A model generated the notes under the pieces. It worked only from the letters and a program-made list of their open reading frames with translations. It was not told the origin of the DNA and did no database searches. Of a DNA stretch of 64,000 nt, positions 1 through 9,774 are shown one piece after another. Source of the stretch: an uncultured delta proteobacterium (GTDB taxonomy: Bacteria > Desulfobacterota > Binatia > Binatales > Binataceae). Made by a program: the position numbers and the translations under genes. Within the stretch, counting starts at the first letter, position 1; each line of letters begins with the position of its first letter. The stretch is taken from NCBI GenBank assembly GCA_963756155.1, contig CAVWMQ010000010.1:95672-159671 (forward strand), read 5' to 3'.

Positions 1-1558
1 GACGATCGACGTGATCCGCAAAGTCTTCCCGCTGCGCACCTGCTCGGACGCGGTGTTTCGCAACCGCTCGCGGCCGTGCCTCGAATATCAGATCAAGCGA
101 TGCCTCGGGCCGTGCTGCCTGCCGGTCGATCGCGACGACTACGGCCGCCAGCTGCATGCCGCGCAGATGCTGCTGGAGGGGAAGAACCTCGAGCTGCTGC
201 GCGAGCTGCGCGAGCAGATGAAGGACCATGCCTCCCGCCTGGAGTTCGAGCAGGCGGCCAAGCTCCGAGATCGCGTGCGCGCGATCGAAAAGACCGTCGA
301 GCGGCAGACCGTGTTGCATCACTGGGGCATCGACGAGGACGTGTTCGGCCTCTATCGCGAGGGCGGCTTCATCGAGGCGATCGTCCTGATCGTACGCGGA
401 GGCAAGCTGACCAGCACCCTGGGATGGAGCTTTCAGGACCTCGAGTTCGCCGACCAGGACGTGATGGCCGATTTGCTCACACAGTACTACTCCGGCGCGC
501 GCGGGATTCCCGACGAAGTCATCCTGGGCTTCGAGCTCGAAGATGCCGAGGTGCGCGCGGAGCTGCTCTCAGAGCGGCGTGGAAAGAAATGCGCGATCAT
601 CGTGCCGCAGCGTGGCGAGAAGCTCCGGCTGCTCGAGATGGCTAACGACAACGCGCGCCAGAGCTTCGCCTCGCGGCGCGACAACGAGCTCACTCGCGAA
701 CGGATGCTCGAGGAGCTGCGCGCCAAGCTTCATCTGCGCAACACCCCCAAGCGCATCGAGTGCTACGACATCTCCAATCTGCAGGGCTCGATGGTGGTGG
801 GATCGCAGGCGACTTTCGACGAAGGCGAGCCGCGCAAGGATCTCTACCGGCGCTACCGGATCCGCAGCATCGAGGGTCAGGACGACTTCGCCAGTCTCTA
901 CGAGGTGCTCAAGCGGCGCCTGGAACGCGCGATCCGCGAACACGAGTACCCCGACCTGTGGGTGATCGACGGCGGCAAGGGCCAGCTCAACGTCGCGCTC
1001 GAGGTGCTGCGCGAGTGCAAGCTGCTCGACCAGATCGATTGCGTTTCGCTCGCCAAGCAGCACGTGCTGAACGATCGGCGCCAGAAGGAAGTCAGCAAAT
1101 CAGAGGAGCGGGTGTTCCTGCCCAATCGAAAAGATCCGATCGTGCTCGCGAAGAACTCGACGGCGTTGTTCCTGCTGGTCCGGATCCGCGACGAGGCGCA
1201 TCGCTTCGCGATCACCTACAACCGCGAGCTGCGCCGGCGCGCTCGGCTACGCTCGATGCTCGACGATATCGAGGGCGTGGGGCCGGTGCGCCGTCGCGCG
1301 CTGCTGCGGCACTTCGGCAGTCTCAAGCGGATTCGCGAGGCGAGCGTCGATGAGATCGCGGAAGTGAAGGGGCTCAATAGCGAGATCGCGGCCCGGGTTC
1401 GGCGGCATCTGGAGGAGATGGCGTCGCTACTCGATCGCGAAGAGCGCGAAGACGCGGAACTGTCCGCGCCCGGCGCGCCCGCTGAGCTTGCTGCGCCGAT
1501 CGAATCGGCGGACCCTGCCGTCGTTCCGCCGCCTGCTTCATCCTCGACTGAAAACTAA
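1..1558 (+). CDS. uvrC: excinuclease ABC subunit C (UvrC), 5' end cut by the window edge
   Basis: ORF 11..1558 stays open to the window start. The translation has UvrC-typical stretches (FPLRTCSD, CLEYQIKRCLGPC) and C-terminal helix-hairpin-helix repeats (GVGPVRRRALLRHFGSLKRIREASVDEIAEVKGL). Confidence 0.93.
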   Translation, partial: TIDVIRKVFPLRTCSDAVFRNRSRPCLEYQIKRCLGPCCLPVDRDDYGRQLHAAQMLLEGKNLELLRELREQMKDHASRLEFEQAAKLRDRVRAIEKTVERQTVLHHWGIDEDVFGLYREGGFIEAIVLIVRGGKLTSTLGWSFQDLEFADQDVMADLLTQYYSGARGIPDEVILGFELEDAEVRAELLSERRGKKCAIIVPQRGEKLRLLEMANDNARQSFASRRDNELTRERMLEELRAKLHLRNTPKRIECYDISNLQGSMVVGSQATFDEGEPRKDLYRRYRIRSIEGQDDFASLYEVLKRRLERAIREHEYPDLWVIDGGKGQLNVALEVLRECKLLDQIDCVSLAKQHVLNDRRQKEVSKSEERVFLPNRKDPIVLAKNSTALFLLVRIRDEAHRFAITYNRELRRRARLRSMLDDIEGVGPVRRRALLRHFGSLKRIREASVDEIAEVKGLNSEIAARVRRHLEEMASLLDREEREDAELSAPGAPAELAAPIESADPAVVPPPASSSTEN

Positions 1559-1582
1559 CGGCCGCGCCGCATTTGACTCGCG

Positions 1583-1621
1583 TTAACCACACGGTTAATT
1601 ACGAATTAACCAGACGGTTAA
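1583..1621. promoter_or_regulatory. putative TetR operator array (three overlapping perfect palindromes)
   Basis: TTAACC-N4-GGTTAA (1583-1598), GGTTAATT-N3-AATTAACC (1593-1611) and TTAACC-N4-GGTTAA (1606-1621). The array lies about 40 bp upstream of the tetR start, in an otherwise GC-rich intergenic region. Confidence 0.5.
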
Positions 1622-1658
1622 TCCTCCGGGCCGAGCAAAATTCCCGGGACCGAGGCGA

Positions 1659-2357
1659 GTGACTATGGCCGCGATACGTGATCTGGCACGCACCCGGGAG
1701 AAGATCCTCGCGGCCGCGCTCGCCGAGTTTTCGGCCAAGGGGTTCGCGGGCGCCCGGACCCAGGCGATCGCGCGCCGCGCCCGCGTCAACAAGCGCATGC
1801 TCTACTACTGCTTCGGCGCCAAGCAGGATCTCTATCGCGAGGTGATGCGCGCGAAGATCGCCGACAAAGCGGGCGCTATCGAGTCGTCGCCGGAGGACTT
1901 CGCGCAGGCGCTGCTCCATTGGTACGAAGTCGGCTGCAACGATCTGGACTGGGTGCGGATGCTCGAGTGGGAGGCGCTCGGCAGCGGCCGCGCGCGCCTG
2001 ATCGCCTATCGAGAGCGCCGCCAACTGTTTCAGAAGGCGGTGGCCAGGCTCCGCCGCTCGCAGGTCCGCGGGCGGATCCCCGCCGGCGCCGATCTCACGC
2101 AACTGTTCATCTCGATGATCGCGCTCACGACGTTCCCCATCGCGTTTCCGCAGATGACGCGGTTGGTAAGCGGCGTTGGTCCCAACCATCCGCGTTTTCT
2201 CCGCAAGCGGCTGCAATTTTTGCGCTGGCTCGGCGAGCGTATCTGCGCGCCCGGCGCGGCAGCCAAGCCCGTCCCACCGCCAGTGCGACGAGCGCACGCA
2301 GCGCTTCCCGCCCGACGCACCCCGCGTCCCGGCGCCGGTCTGGCGGTTCGGTCCTGA
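1659..2357 (+). CDS. TetR/AcrR family transcriptional regulator
   Basis: N-terminal TetR helix-turn-helix signature (REKILAAALAEFSAKGFAGARTQAIARRARVNKRMLYYCFG). It lies directly upstream of an MFS efflux gene. An ATG at 1665 is an alternative start. Confidence 0.9.
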   Translation: MTMAAIRDLARTREKILAAALAEFSAKGFAGARTQAIARRARVNKRMLYYCFGAKQDLYREVMRAKIADKAGAIESSPEDFAQALLHWYEVGCNDLDWVRMLEWEALGSGRARLIAYRERRQLFQKAVARLRRSQVRGRIPAGADLTQLFISMIALTTFPIAFPQMTRLVSGVGPNHPRFLRKRLQFLRWLGERICAPGAAAKPVPPPVRRAHAALPARRTPRPGAGLAVRS

Positions 2358-2389
2358 CTATCCTCCGATGATTTTGAGATGAGTTTGCG

Positions 2390-4009
2390 ATGAGCGCCGC
2401 AGCAGTCACCGATGCCGCGCTGCTCGACCGTCAGCGCCTCGAGCGCGAGTGGCGCTCGCGGCACAACCGCTGGATCGTCGCGATGACGGTGACGCTCGCG
2501 ACCTTCATGGAAATCCTCGACACCAGTATCGCGAATGTCTCACTGCCCCATATCGCGGGCGGTCTGTCCGCCGGTATCGATGAAAGCACCTGGGTGCTGA
2601 CGTCGTACCTGGTCTCCAACGCGATCGTTCTCCCGATCAGCGGATGGTTCTCCAATTTTTTCGGTCGCAAGCGATTCTACATGGCCTGCGTTGCGATGTT
2701 CACGATGAGTTCGTTTATGTGTGGTCTCGCGCCGTCGCTCGCGATGCTGGTGTTCTTCCGTGTGCTCCAAGGCGCTGGCGGCGGCGGGCTGCAGCCGAGC
2801 GAGCAGGCAATTCTCGCCGACACCTTCACGCCCGAGGAATTCGGGATGGCGTTTGCGGTCTATGGGATGGCGATCGTGCTAGCACCGGCCATCGGGCCCA
2901 CACTCGGCGGCTACATTACCGACCACCTCAACTGGCGCTGGATCTTTTTCATCAACGTGCCGGTCGGGATCATCTCACTGCTCCTAAGTTACCGTGTGGT
3001 CGAGGATCCACCCTGGATCAAAGAGGAGGTCCGCACGCGCAAGTCAGCGTGGGGCATTGACTATATTGGTTTCGGTCTGGTCGCGGTCGGCCTTGGATGC
3101 CTCCAGGTGGTGCTCGACAAGGGGCAGCGCGACGACTGGCTGCAGTCGCAATTCATCATCGGCTTCTCCCTGATCTCCGCGATTGCGCTGGTCGCCTTCG
3201 TATTCTGGGAGCGCACCGTCGAGACGCCGGTGGTCAACCTGCGGCTGTTCAAGGAACGCACTTTTGCGATGACCAACCTGATGATGTTCATGGTCGGCGT
3301 CGCGCTGTTCGGAACCACCGTCCTGCTGCCGCAATTTCTGCAACAGCTCATGGGCTACACCGCCGAGCAGGCCGGGATGGTGCTGTCGCCGGGCGGCTTC
3401 GCGATCATCTTGCTGATGCCGATAGTCGGCGCGCTGGTCACCCGCGTCGACGCGCGCTGGCTCATCGGAATCGGCTTCCTGATGATGGCGCTGGCGCTGT
3501 TCAAGATGACTAACCTCGATCAGCAAATCGATTTCCGCACCGCGATGATGTACCGCGTCTACCAGTCAATCGCGCTCGCCTTCCTGTTTGTGCCGATCAC
3601 CACGATGGCCTACGTTGGCATCCCGCAGGAGCAGAACAACACCGTGTCGGGAATGATCAACCTGTCGCGCAATATCGGCGCGAGCGTGGGAATCTCAGTG
3701 GTCGAGACCATGATCGCGCGGCGCTCGCAGTTTCATCAGAACCGCTTGATAACCCGCCTGACGCCGTACGACATGCCGCTGCGCGAGGCGACGCGCGGCC
3801 TCGGCGCGCAATTGTCTCATCGCGGCGTCGTGGGCCCCAGCGCGGTGAGCCAGGCGTACGGCGCGATTTACCAGGGGGTCATTGGGGCTGCGACCATGCA
3901 GGCGTATATCGACGCCATCTGGGCCATGGGGGTCGCGTGCCTGTTCATGCTGCCGCTGGTTTTCTTGATGAAGAAGAATGAGCCGGGCAAAGGCATGCGC
4001 GCACATTAG
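2390..4009 (+). CDS. MFS transporter, DHA2 (EmrB/QacA-like) drug efflux family
   Basis: 539-aa polytopic membrane protein. The N-terminus (WIVAMTVTLATFMEILDTSIANVSLPHIAGGL) and overall length are typical of EmrB-type 14-TMS exporters. It is paired with the TetR gene. Confidence 0.9.
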   Translation: MSAAAVTDAALLDRQRLEREWRSRHNRWIVAMTVTLATFMEILDTSIANVSLPHIAGGLSAGIDESTWVLTSYLVSNAIVLPISGWFSNFFGRKRFYMACVAMFTMSSFMCGLAPSLAMLVFFRVLQGAGGGGLQPSEQAILADTFTPEEFGMAFAVYGMAIVLAPAIGPTLGGYITDHLNWRWIFFINVPVGIISLLLSYRVVEDPPWIKEEVRTRKSAWGIDYIGFGLVAVGLGCLQVVLDKGQRDDWLQSQFIIGFSLISAIALVAFVFWERTVETPVVNLRLFKERTFAMTNLMMFMVGVALFGTTVLLPQFLQQLMGYTAEQAGMVLSPGGFAIILLMPIVGALVTRVDARWLIGIGFLMMALALFKMTNLDQQIDFRTAMMYRVYQSIALAFLFVPITTMAYVGIPQEQNNTVSGMINLSRNIGASVGISVVETMIARRSQFHQNRLITRLTPYDMPLREATRGLGAQLSHRGVVGPSAVSQAYGAIYQGVIGAATMQAYIDAIWAMGVACLFMLPLVFLMKKNEPGKGMRAH

Positions 4010-4263
4010 ACGACTGGAACCGGCGCCGCGCGACGGCGCATAATCGAGGAGTCGCAGCGGCCGGAACTCGAAGTTTAGCTTCGATTCGACGCTGCGCGAA
4101 AAGGGGGCAGTGGGCGATCGCAGCAGCGTCCACGTCGCAAGCGCTGGCAGATCAGGGCGCGGCCGAAATTTCCGGCCGCATCGCCACGCGAATTCCCGCA
4201 TCGCGCGCGCTCAGCGTCGTTGAGCGCCTGCCGCCGATCTACGCAGTCGCGATCGCGATCGCA

Positions 4264-6747
4264 ATGGGCGACGGTCTAGGCAACTTTCGTCTCGCAACTC
4301 CACCCGCGATCGCCGCGGCACTCGCTATCGCTGCGGCGCTGACATTCATCGGCGCTCGGCGCTCGCTCGGCCTGGTCTTCGCTTACCTCGCGATCGTCGC
4401 CAGCGCGACGATTCCCGCGTTTCAGCTTCTCAGTCCGCCGCCGAATTCCTCGAGCATCCGCATTTTCCCCGACGGCGCCGAGCTCACCGTCGAGGGGAGG
4501 CTCGTGCGCGAGACCGAGCGGATGCCCGATCTGACCCGGCTCTATGTCGCCGTCACGCGCGCCGGCTACGTAGGTCGCGAGCTGAGCTCTGCCGCCGGCT
4601 TGATCCGTGTCGCCGTACTGGCTCCGGGAGCTGGACCGTACAGACTTGGCGACGACGTCCGTCTCACATCGCGGCTGCGTTTTCCGCGCAACGACGGCAA
4701 TCCCGGCGAATTCGACTACGAGGGTTTCATGGCGCGCGAGGGGATCGCCGCGACGATGACCGTGCGCGCTGCCAAAGGCGGACCCCCCGGCATCGAGGTG
4801 ATCGGCTACCATCCGCGTTTTCCCGCCTCGCATATCGAGGCGATCCGCGATCGCATCGGTGCATTCATCGACGCGAATCTGCCGTGGCCCGAGCGCGCCG
4901 AGATGCGCGCGCTTGTGATTGGCGACCGCGATGGAATCGACGATCGCATCCGCAACGAATACGCGCGCACGGGCATGGCGCATCTGCTCGTGATCTCGGG
5001 GTTGCACTTGAGCTTCGTCGCGGCCGCGGCATTCGCTCTCGTCCGCCTTGTCATGATGCTCGCGCCGGGACTGGCCAGCCGCGGCTACGCCAACAAGGCC
5101 GCCGCGATCGGCGCTGCGCTCGTGGTATGCGCCTACGCCTCGATTGCGGGCCATCACGTATCGACTGTGCGCGCGCTGGTGATGGTGCTCGCGTACATGT
5201 TCGCGGTCGTGATCGATCGCGCGCGCGAGGCGCTGGCGAGCCTGGCGCTCGCGGCAATCGTGATTTGCATCGCAATCCCGGGGTCGACCGCCGACATCGG
5301 TTTCCAGCTCTCGTTCGTTTCGGTGATCGCGATTATACTTGGGATGCAGCGCTTCACGGGCTGGTATCAGCGCCGCGATGCGGCGCTCAGGCTTCCGGGC
5401 GAGACGCGCTCGCGTTCTTCGGCCGCCGCTTTGGGCCTGCTCGGCTACCTCGCGGTTTCATTCTGGGCGCTGACCGGCACTGCGCCGCTCACGGCATTTC
5501 ATTTCAACCAGTTCTCGATCATCGGAATCGTTGCGAACGCGGTGGTAGTGCCGATCATGGGCTTCGCCGCCACGCTCAGCGGACTCATCGCCGCCGCGCT
5601 GAGTTTCATCTGGATGCCAGCGGCGCGCGCGTGCCTGTGGTTCGCGGGCCAATGGCTTAGGCTCGGCAACACGCTCGCGGGTTGGTTCGTTGAATGGCCG
5701 CTGGCGTGGTCGCGCATTTTCACGCCGACGCTGCTCGAGCTGGCCCTCGCATATACGCTGCTGATGATGTGGCTTGCGTCGCCGATCAAGCCTCCGGTCC
5801 CGCCAACGCTCCATCCCGATCGCGATGCGGGCACCGCGCGACGCATCGGCTGGCGCTTTGCGGTCACCGTTGCGATTGTCGCGGCGCTCGGCGTGGACGC
5901 GGGATGGTGGATCCGCGATCGCTACTTCAATCCCGGGCTGCGCGTGACGTTTCTCTCGGTGGGCGAGGGCGACGGCGCAGTGATTCGCTTCCCAGGCTCC
6001 GCAGTGATAGTCGTCGACGCGGGCGGAGCGTATGCCGGTTACGACAGCGGCGAGCGGATCGTCGCGCCATTTCTATGGTCGCGGAAAATCATGCACGTCG
6101 ACTATATCGTGATGAGCCATCCCGACCTCGACCATTTCGGCGGCCTCGGCTTCATCGCGGAGAACTTCGCTCCAAGTGCGTTTTGGAGTACCGGCGCGAC
6201 CAGTTCCGACGTTGCCTTTCCTGAGTTGCTTAAGGCCCTCAAGCGGGAGCGGGTGCCAATGCGGCTGGTCGATTCCGCGGTGCCTCCGATGCGCCTGGGC
6301 GGCGTCGCCATCAAGGTGCTGAGTCCGGCCACTGCGGCTAGTTCCTCTGATCTTAGTGCCAACAACGCCTCGATGGTGCTTCGCTTCGATTTTCCGGGCG
6401 CCTCGTTCCTGTTCACCGGCGACATCGAGACGCCCGCGGAGCGCACTCTCGTCGAGAGGTACGGGGCCAGTCTAGCCGCGACGGTGCTGAAGGTGCCGCA
6501 TCACGGCAGCGCCACCTCGTCGACGGCGGCGTTCATCGAGGCCGTCCATCCGGCGTTCGCGGTCATTTCAGACGGCTACCAGAACCGCTTTCAATTCCCC
6601 TCCCAGGACGTGGTCGATCGCTATCGCCAGAGCGGCGCAACCGTCCTCCGCACCGACCAGGACGGAGCAGTCATCGCGGAAGTTCGAGACGGCGCCCTGT
6701 CGGTGCAAACCGGTCGCGGCATCGCGCCGATACCAGTTTCAAAATGA
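4264..6747 (+). CDS. comEC: DNA internalization-related competence protein ComEC/Rec2
   Basis: 827 aa. It has a central polytopic competence domain and a C-terminal metallo-beta-lactamase domain (IVMSHPDLDHFGG ... VLKVPHHGS). Confidence 0.9.
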   Translation: MGDGLGNFRLATPPAIAAALAIAAALTFIGARRSLGLVFAYLAIVASATIPAFQLLSPPPNSSSIRIFPDGAELTVEGRLVRETERMPDLTRLYVAVTRAGYVGRELSSAAGLIRVAVLAPGAGPYRLGDDVRLTSRLRFPRNDGNPGEFDYEGFMAREGIAATMTVRAAKGGPPGIEVIGYHPRFPASHIEAIRDRIGAFIDANLPWPERAEMRALVIGDRDGIDDRIRNEYARTGMAHLLVISGLHLSFVAAAAFALVRLVMMLAPGLASRGYANKAAAIGAALVVCAYASIAGHHVSTVRALVMVLAYMFAVVIDRAREALASLALAAIVICIAIPGSTADIGFQLSFVSVIAIILGMQRFTGWYQRRDAALRLPGETRSRSSAAALGLLGYLAVSFWALTGTAPLTAFHFNQFSIIGIVANAVVVPIMGFAATLSGLIAAALSFIWMPAARACLWFAGQWLRLGNTLAGWFVEWPLAWSRIFTPTLLELALAYTLLMMWLASPIKPPVPPTLHPDRDAGTARRIGWRFAVTVAIVAALGVDAGWWIRDRYFNPGLRVTFLSVGEGDGAVIRFPGSAVIVVDAGGAYAGYDSGERIVAPFLWSRKIMHVDYIVMSHPDLDHFGGLGFIAENFAPSAFWSTGATSSDVAFPELLKALKRERVPMRLVDSAVPPMRLGGVAIKVLSPATAASSSDLSANNASMVLRFDFPGASFLFTGDIETPAERTLVERYGASLAATVLKVPHHGSATSSTAAFIEAVHPAFAVISDGYQNRFQFPSQDVVDRYRQSGATVLRTDQDGAVIAEVRDGALSVQTGRGIAPIPVSK

Positions 6748-6979
6748 AATGGACCCGGTTATGATAATCAAGACTGGAGCGGAGTAGGGAGCACGCGCGC
6801 CTCACTGGCGATGGGGGGCCGCTCGATTTGACCCTGCCATGCGTTTGCGCCTTGGCGGGGGCGGGGTTGACGAATTTTCAGGCCTGTGGGAAACTCCGAT
6901 TCGAAACCAGTACGACCCTCGTCGCATATTCTTGGCGGCGTTCGTCCTATCGAAGCACCCATCGTTCGGAGGAACATTA

Positions 6980-7423
6980 ATGGCTGAGCAGGCTCAGGCA
7001 GCAACTAACGGCGGACCGCGTCCGATCGTTCCTTTTCTGAAACTCGATCCCAAACCCCATCTGGTCGGCATCAAGTGCTCCGCGTGCGGAGCAATCTTTC
7101 TGGACGCCAAGCGGGTCGCATGCTCAAAATGCGGCGCCACCGGGAAATTCGGTCCGATCGATCTCTCGCAGAAGGGCAAGGTCTACGTCTTCTCCGTGGT
7201 CCATCAGTCCTTCCCCGGCATCAAGACTCCCTATGTAACCGCGATCGTCGATCTGCCCGAGGGCGTCAGCGTGCGCGCCAACCTGGTCGACGTGGTTCCC
7301 GAGCAGTTGCAGAAGGAGCCCAACAAGTATTTCGATATGCCGGTAGAGATGGTCACCAACGTGGTCGCCAAAGATCGCGAAGGCCATGACGTGGTGTCAT
7401 TCGCGTTTCGGCCGAGCAAGTAA
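6980..7423 (+). CDS. Zn-ribbon / OB-fold protein (DUF35 family)
   Basis: Internal ATG at 6980 preceded by GGAGG. It has a CxxC...CxxC ribbon (CSACGAIF..CSKCGAT) followed by OB-fold sequence. This protein family is a known partner of thiolase-like proteins. Confidence 0.85.
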   Translation: MAEQAQAATNGGPRPIVPFLKLDPKPHLVGIKCSACGAIFLDAKRVACSKCGATGKFGPIDLSQKGKVYVFSVVHQSFPGIKTPYVTAIVDLPEGVSVRANLVDVVPEQLQKEPNKYFDMPVEMVTNVVAKDREGHDVVSFAFRPSK

Positions 7424-7549
7424 CCATCGCGTGAAGTTGAAGGCCGCAAGCATTTGATGCGGCCATTTGAAAAGACGACGAACAGTTAGACGACGAACCA
7501 ATTAGACGACGGACTCAGGCCGCGTGCCGGGCCGCCAGGAGGATTCTAG

Positions 7550-8713
7550 ATGAGAAACGTATACGTGCTTGGCACCGGGATGATTAAGTTCGGGCGCTAT
7601 CCCGAAAAGACCGTTCCGGAACTCGGCGGCGCGGCCGCACTGGAGGCGCTGAAGGACGCCGGAATCGCGATCAAGGACGTCGAGATGTTCGCCTGCGGAA
7701 ATCTCTACCAGTCCAACGCGATGGTGGGTCAGCGCATTCTGCAGCAAATCGGCCAGACCGGCATACCCGTCATAAACGTCTCCAACGCCTGCGCGACCGG
7801 CTCGACCGCTTTCCGCGAGGCATTCTTTGCGGTCGCCTCGGGGATGTACGACATCTCGCTGGCGGTCGGCGTCGAACAGATGGGCAAGCAGGGATTGCTC
7901 GGCGGTGGCGGCGGCGGAACCGACCCGGCCTACTCAACTGAGGGCAAGGTCGGCTCGGGCCTGATGCCCGCGGTGTTCGGGCAGGCCGGCATCGAGCACA
8001 TGCGCAAGTACGGCACCAAGATGGAACACTTTGCCAAAATCTCGGTGAAGTCCCACAAGCATGCGACCCGCAATCCGTATTCGCAGTACCGCAACGAGGT
8101 ATCGCTCGAAGACGTGATGAACGCGCGCATGGTCGCCTATCCCAACACTCTCTATATGTGTTGCCCGACGGGTGATGGCGCAGCGGCCGCGATTCTGGTC
8201 AGCGAGGACAAGCTGAAGCAGCTTGCCGGCGGCCGCAAGCGCGCGAAAGTCGCGGCCTCGGTGCTCACCTCGGATCCGTGGACCGATCGCGATCTCACGC
8301 TGCCCGACGTCAGCACGCTGACCCAGCGCGCCGCCAAGAAGGCCTACGAGATGGCGGGAGTCAGCCCTAAGGACGTGAGCCTGACCGAGCTTCATGACTG
8401 CTTCGCGACCGCGGAGCTGGTGCACTACGAAAACCTGTTCCTGTGCGGAACTGGCGAGGCCGGCAAGTTTATCGACGAGGGCGGCGGTGTGCATCCCGAC
8501 TTCGGCGGCAAGAGCCCCGTCAACGTGTCAGGCGGCCTGCTTTCCAAGGGGCATCCGCTAGGCGCAACGGGCGTCGCCAACATCTGCGAAGTGGTGTGGC
8601 ATCTGACCCAGGACGAGCGCGCCAAGGAGCGCCAGGTCCCCAACGCCAAGGTCGGCGTGGCGCACGTAATCGGGCTCGGCTCGGCGTGCACCATCCACGT
8701 GCTGACTGTATAA
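7550..8713 (+). CDS. thiolase-like acetyl-CoA acetyltransferase (SCP-x/nonspecific lipid-transfer type)
   Basis: 387 aa. Thiolase motifs are present (NVSNACATGSTAF active-site Cys region; C-terminal GHPLGATG and GLGSAC). Confidence 0.88.
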   Translation: MRNVYVLGTGMIKFGRYPEKTVPELGGAAALEALKDAGIAIKDVEMFACGNLYQSNAMVGQRILQQIGQTGIPVINVSNACATGSTAFREAFFAVASGMYDISLAVGVEQMGKQGLLGGGGGGTDPAYSTEGKVGSGLMPAVFGQAGIEHMRKYGTKMEHFAKISVKSHKHATRNPYSQYRNEVSLEDVMNARMVAYPNTLYMCCPTGDGAAAAILVSEDKLKQLAGGRKRAKVAASVLTSDPWTDRDLTLPDVSTLTQRAAKKAYEMAGVSPKDVSLTELHDCFATAELVHYENLFLCGTGEAGKFIDEGGGVHPDFGGKSPVNVSGGLLSKGHPLGATGVANICEVVWHLTQDERAKERQVPNAKVGVAHVIGLGSACTIHVLTV

Positions 8714-8746
8714 GTTGAAGTAACGCCTAATCGGCACTCCGAAAGA

Positions 8747-8775
8747 GGGCCGCCCGAAAAGGCGGCCCTTTTTCT
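8747..8775 (+). terminator. Rho-independent terminator after the thiolase gene
   Basis: GGGCCGCC-cgaaaa-GGCGGCCC is a perfect 8-bp GC stem followed by TTTTTCTTT. It begins 34 nt after the stop codon. Confidence 0.6.
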
Positions 8776-8847
8776 TTCCCGATCGGACCAATAGATTTAA
8801 TTTTTCAGACGCGAGGTTCTCGACGCTTCCAGGACGCGGGTTCTCCA

Positions 8848-9747
8848 ATGTCGAAAAGTGAAACCACCGAACGCGAAGTGACCACTGCCGAAAGGCTCGG
8901 CTATCCGTCCGCCGCGCGCCTGTTGATCGTCAACGCAGACGACTTCGGGATGTGTCACGACGAAAACGAGGCGACTATCGAGGGCCTGACCTCTGGGCTC
9001 TTCACCTCCTCGACCATCCTTGTCACCTGCCCGTGGTTCGAGGAGGCGGCCGAGTTCGCGCGCCGGAACTCCGGCGCCGACCTGGGAGTGCATCTGACAC
9101 TCAACAGCGAATGGGAGCGCTACAAGTGGGGGCCTGTGCTGGGCGCGAAGACGGTCCCTTCGCTCGCCGATGAGCGCGGCTATCTGTGGCCCGACGTGCC
9201 CAGCGTGTATGCGAATGATCGCCTCGACGAGGTGGAAGCCGAGCTCCGCGCCCAGATCGAAAAGGCGCTGGCGGCCGGAATCGACGCGAGCCACCTCGAT
9301 TGCCACATGGGCCCGCTCCATCTGCGCGGCGACTATCACGAAATCTACGCGCGCCTCGCGCGCGACTACCGGCTTCCCATTCGGCTCACGCCGCGCAAGT
9401 TCATGCGGCGGATGGGGTTCGCCACGATTCTCGACGCCCTCGATCGCGAGGGGATTCTTTATCCGGATAATTTCCTGGTGCATCCGCAGCGCCGCCCCGA
9501 CGACACCGAAGCGTTCTGGACCGAAACGATTCGCAATCTCCGCCCCGGCATTTCCGAGGTCTATTGCCATCCGGGCTACGCGCGCGCCGAACTGAACAGT
9601 TGCGCGAACGACGCGGCTCAGCGCGAAGCCGACTTCCGCTATTTCACGTCCGAGGAGGCTCGCCACCTGCTCGCAGACGAAGGAATCGAGCTAATCGGCT
9701 ATCGCAAGCTGCGCGACGCGATGCGCGCGGCACCGGCGCGTGCCTGA
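8848..9747 (+). CDS. ChbG/HpnK (YdjC-like) carbohydrate deacetylase family protein
   Basis: N-terminal LLIVNADDFGMCHDENEATIEG is the YdjC-family signature. It also has the GVHLTL and HLDCHMG metal-site-like motifs. Confidence 0.85.
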   Translation: MSKSETTEREVTTAERLGYPSAARLLIVNADDFGMCHDENEATIEGLTSGLFTSSTILVTCPWFEEAAEFARRNSGADLGVHLTLNSEWERYKWGPVLGAKTVPSLADERGYLWPDVPSVYANDRLDEVEAELRAQIEKALAAGIDASHLDCHMGPLHLRGDYHEIYARLARDYRLPIRLTPRKFMRRMGFATILDALDREGILYPDNFLVHPQRRPDDTEAFWTETIRNLRPGISEVYCHPGYARAELNSCANDAAQREADFRYFTSEEARHLLADEGIELIGYRKLRDAMRAAPARA

Positions 9748-9774
9748 GCCGAGCGCGATCAAACGGAAACCAAA

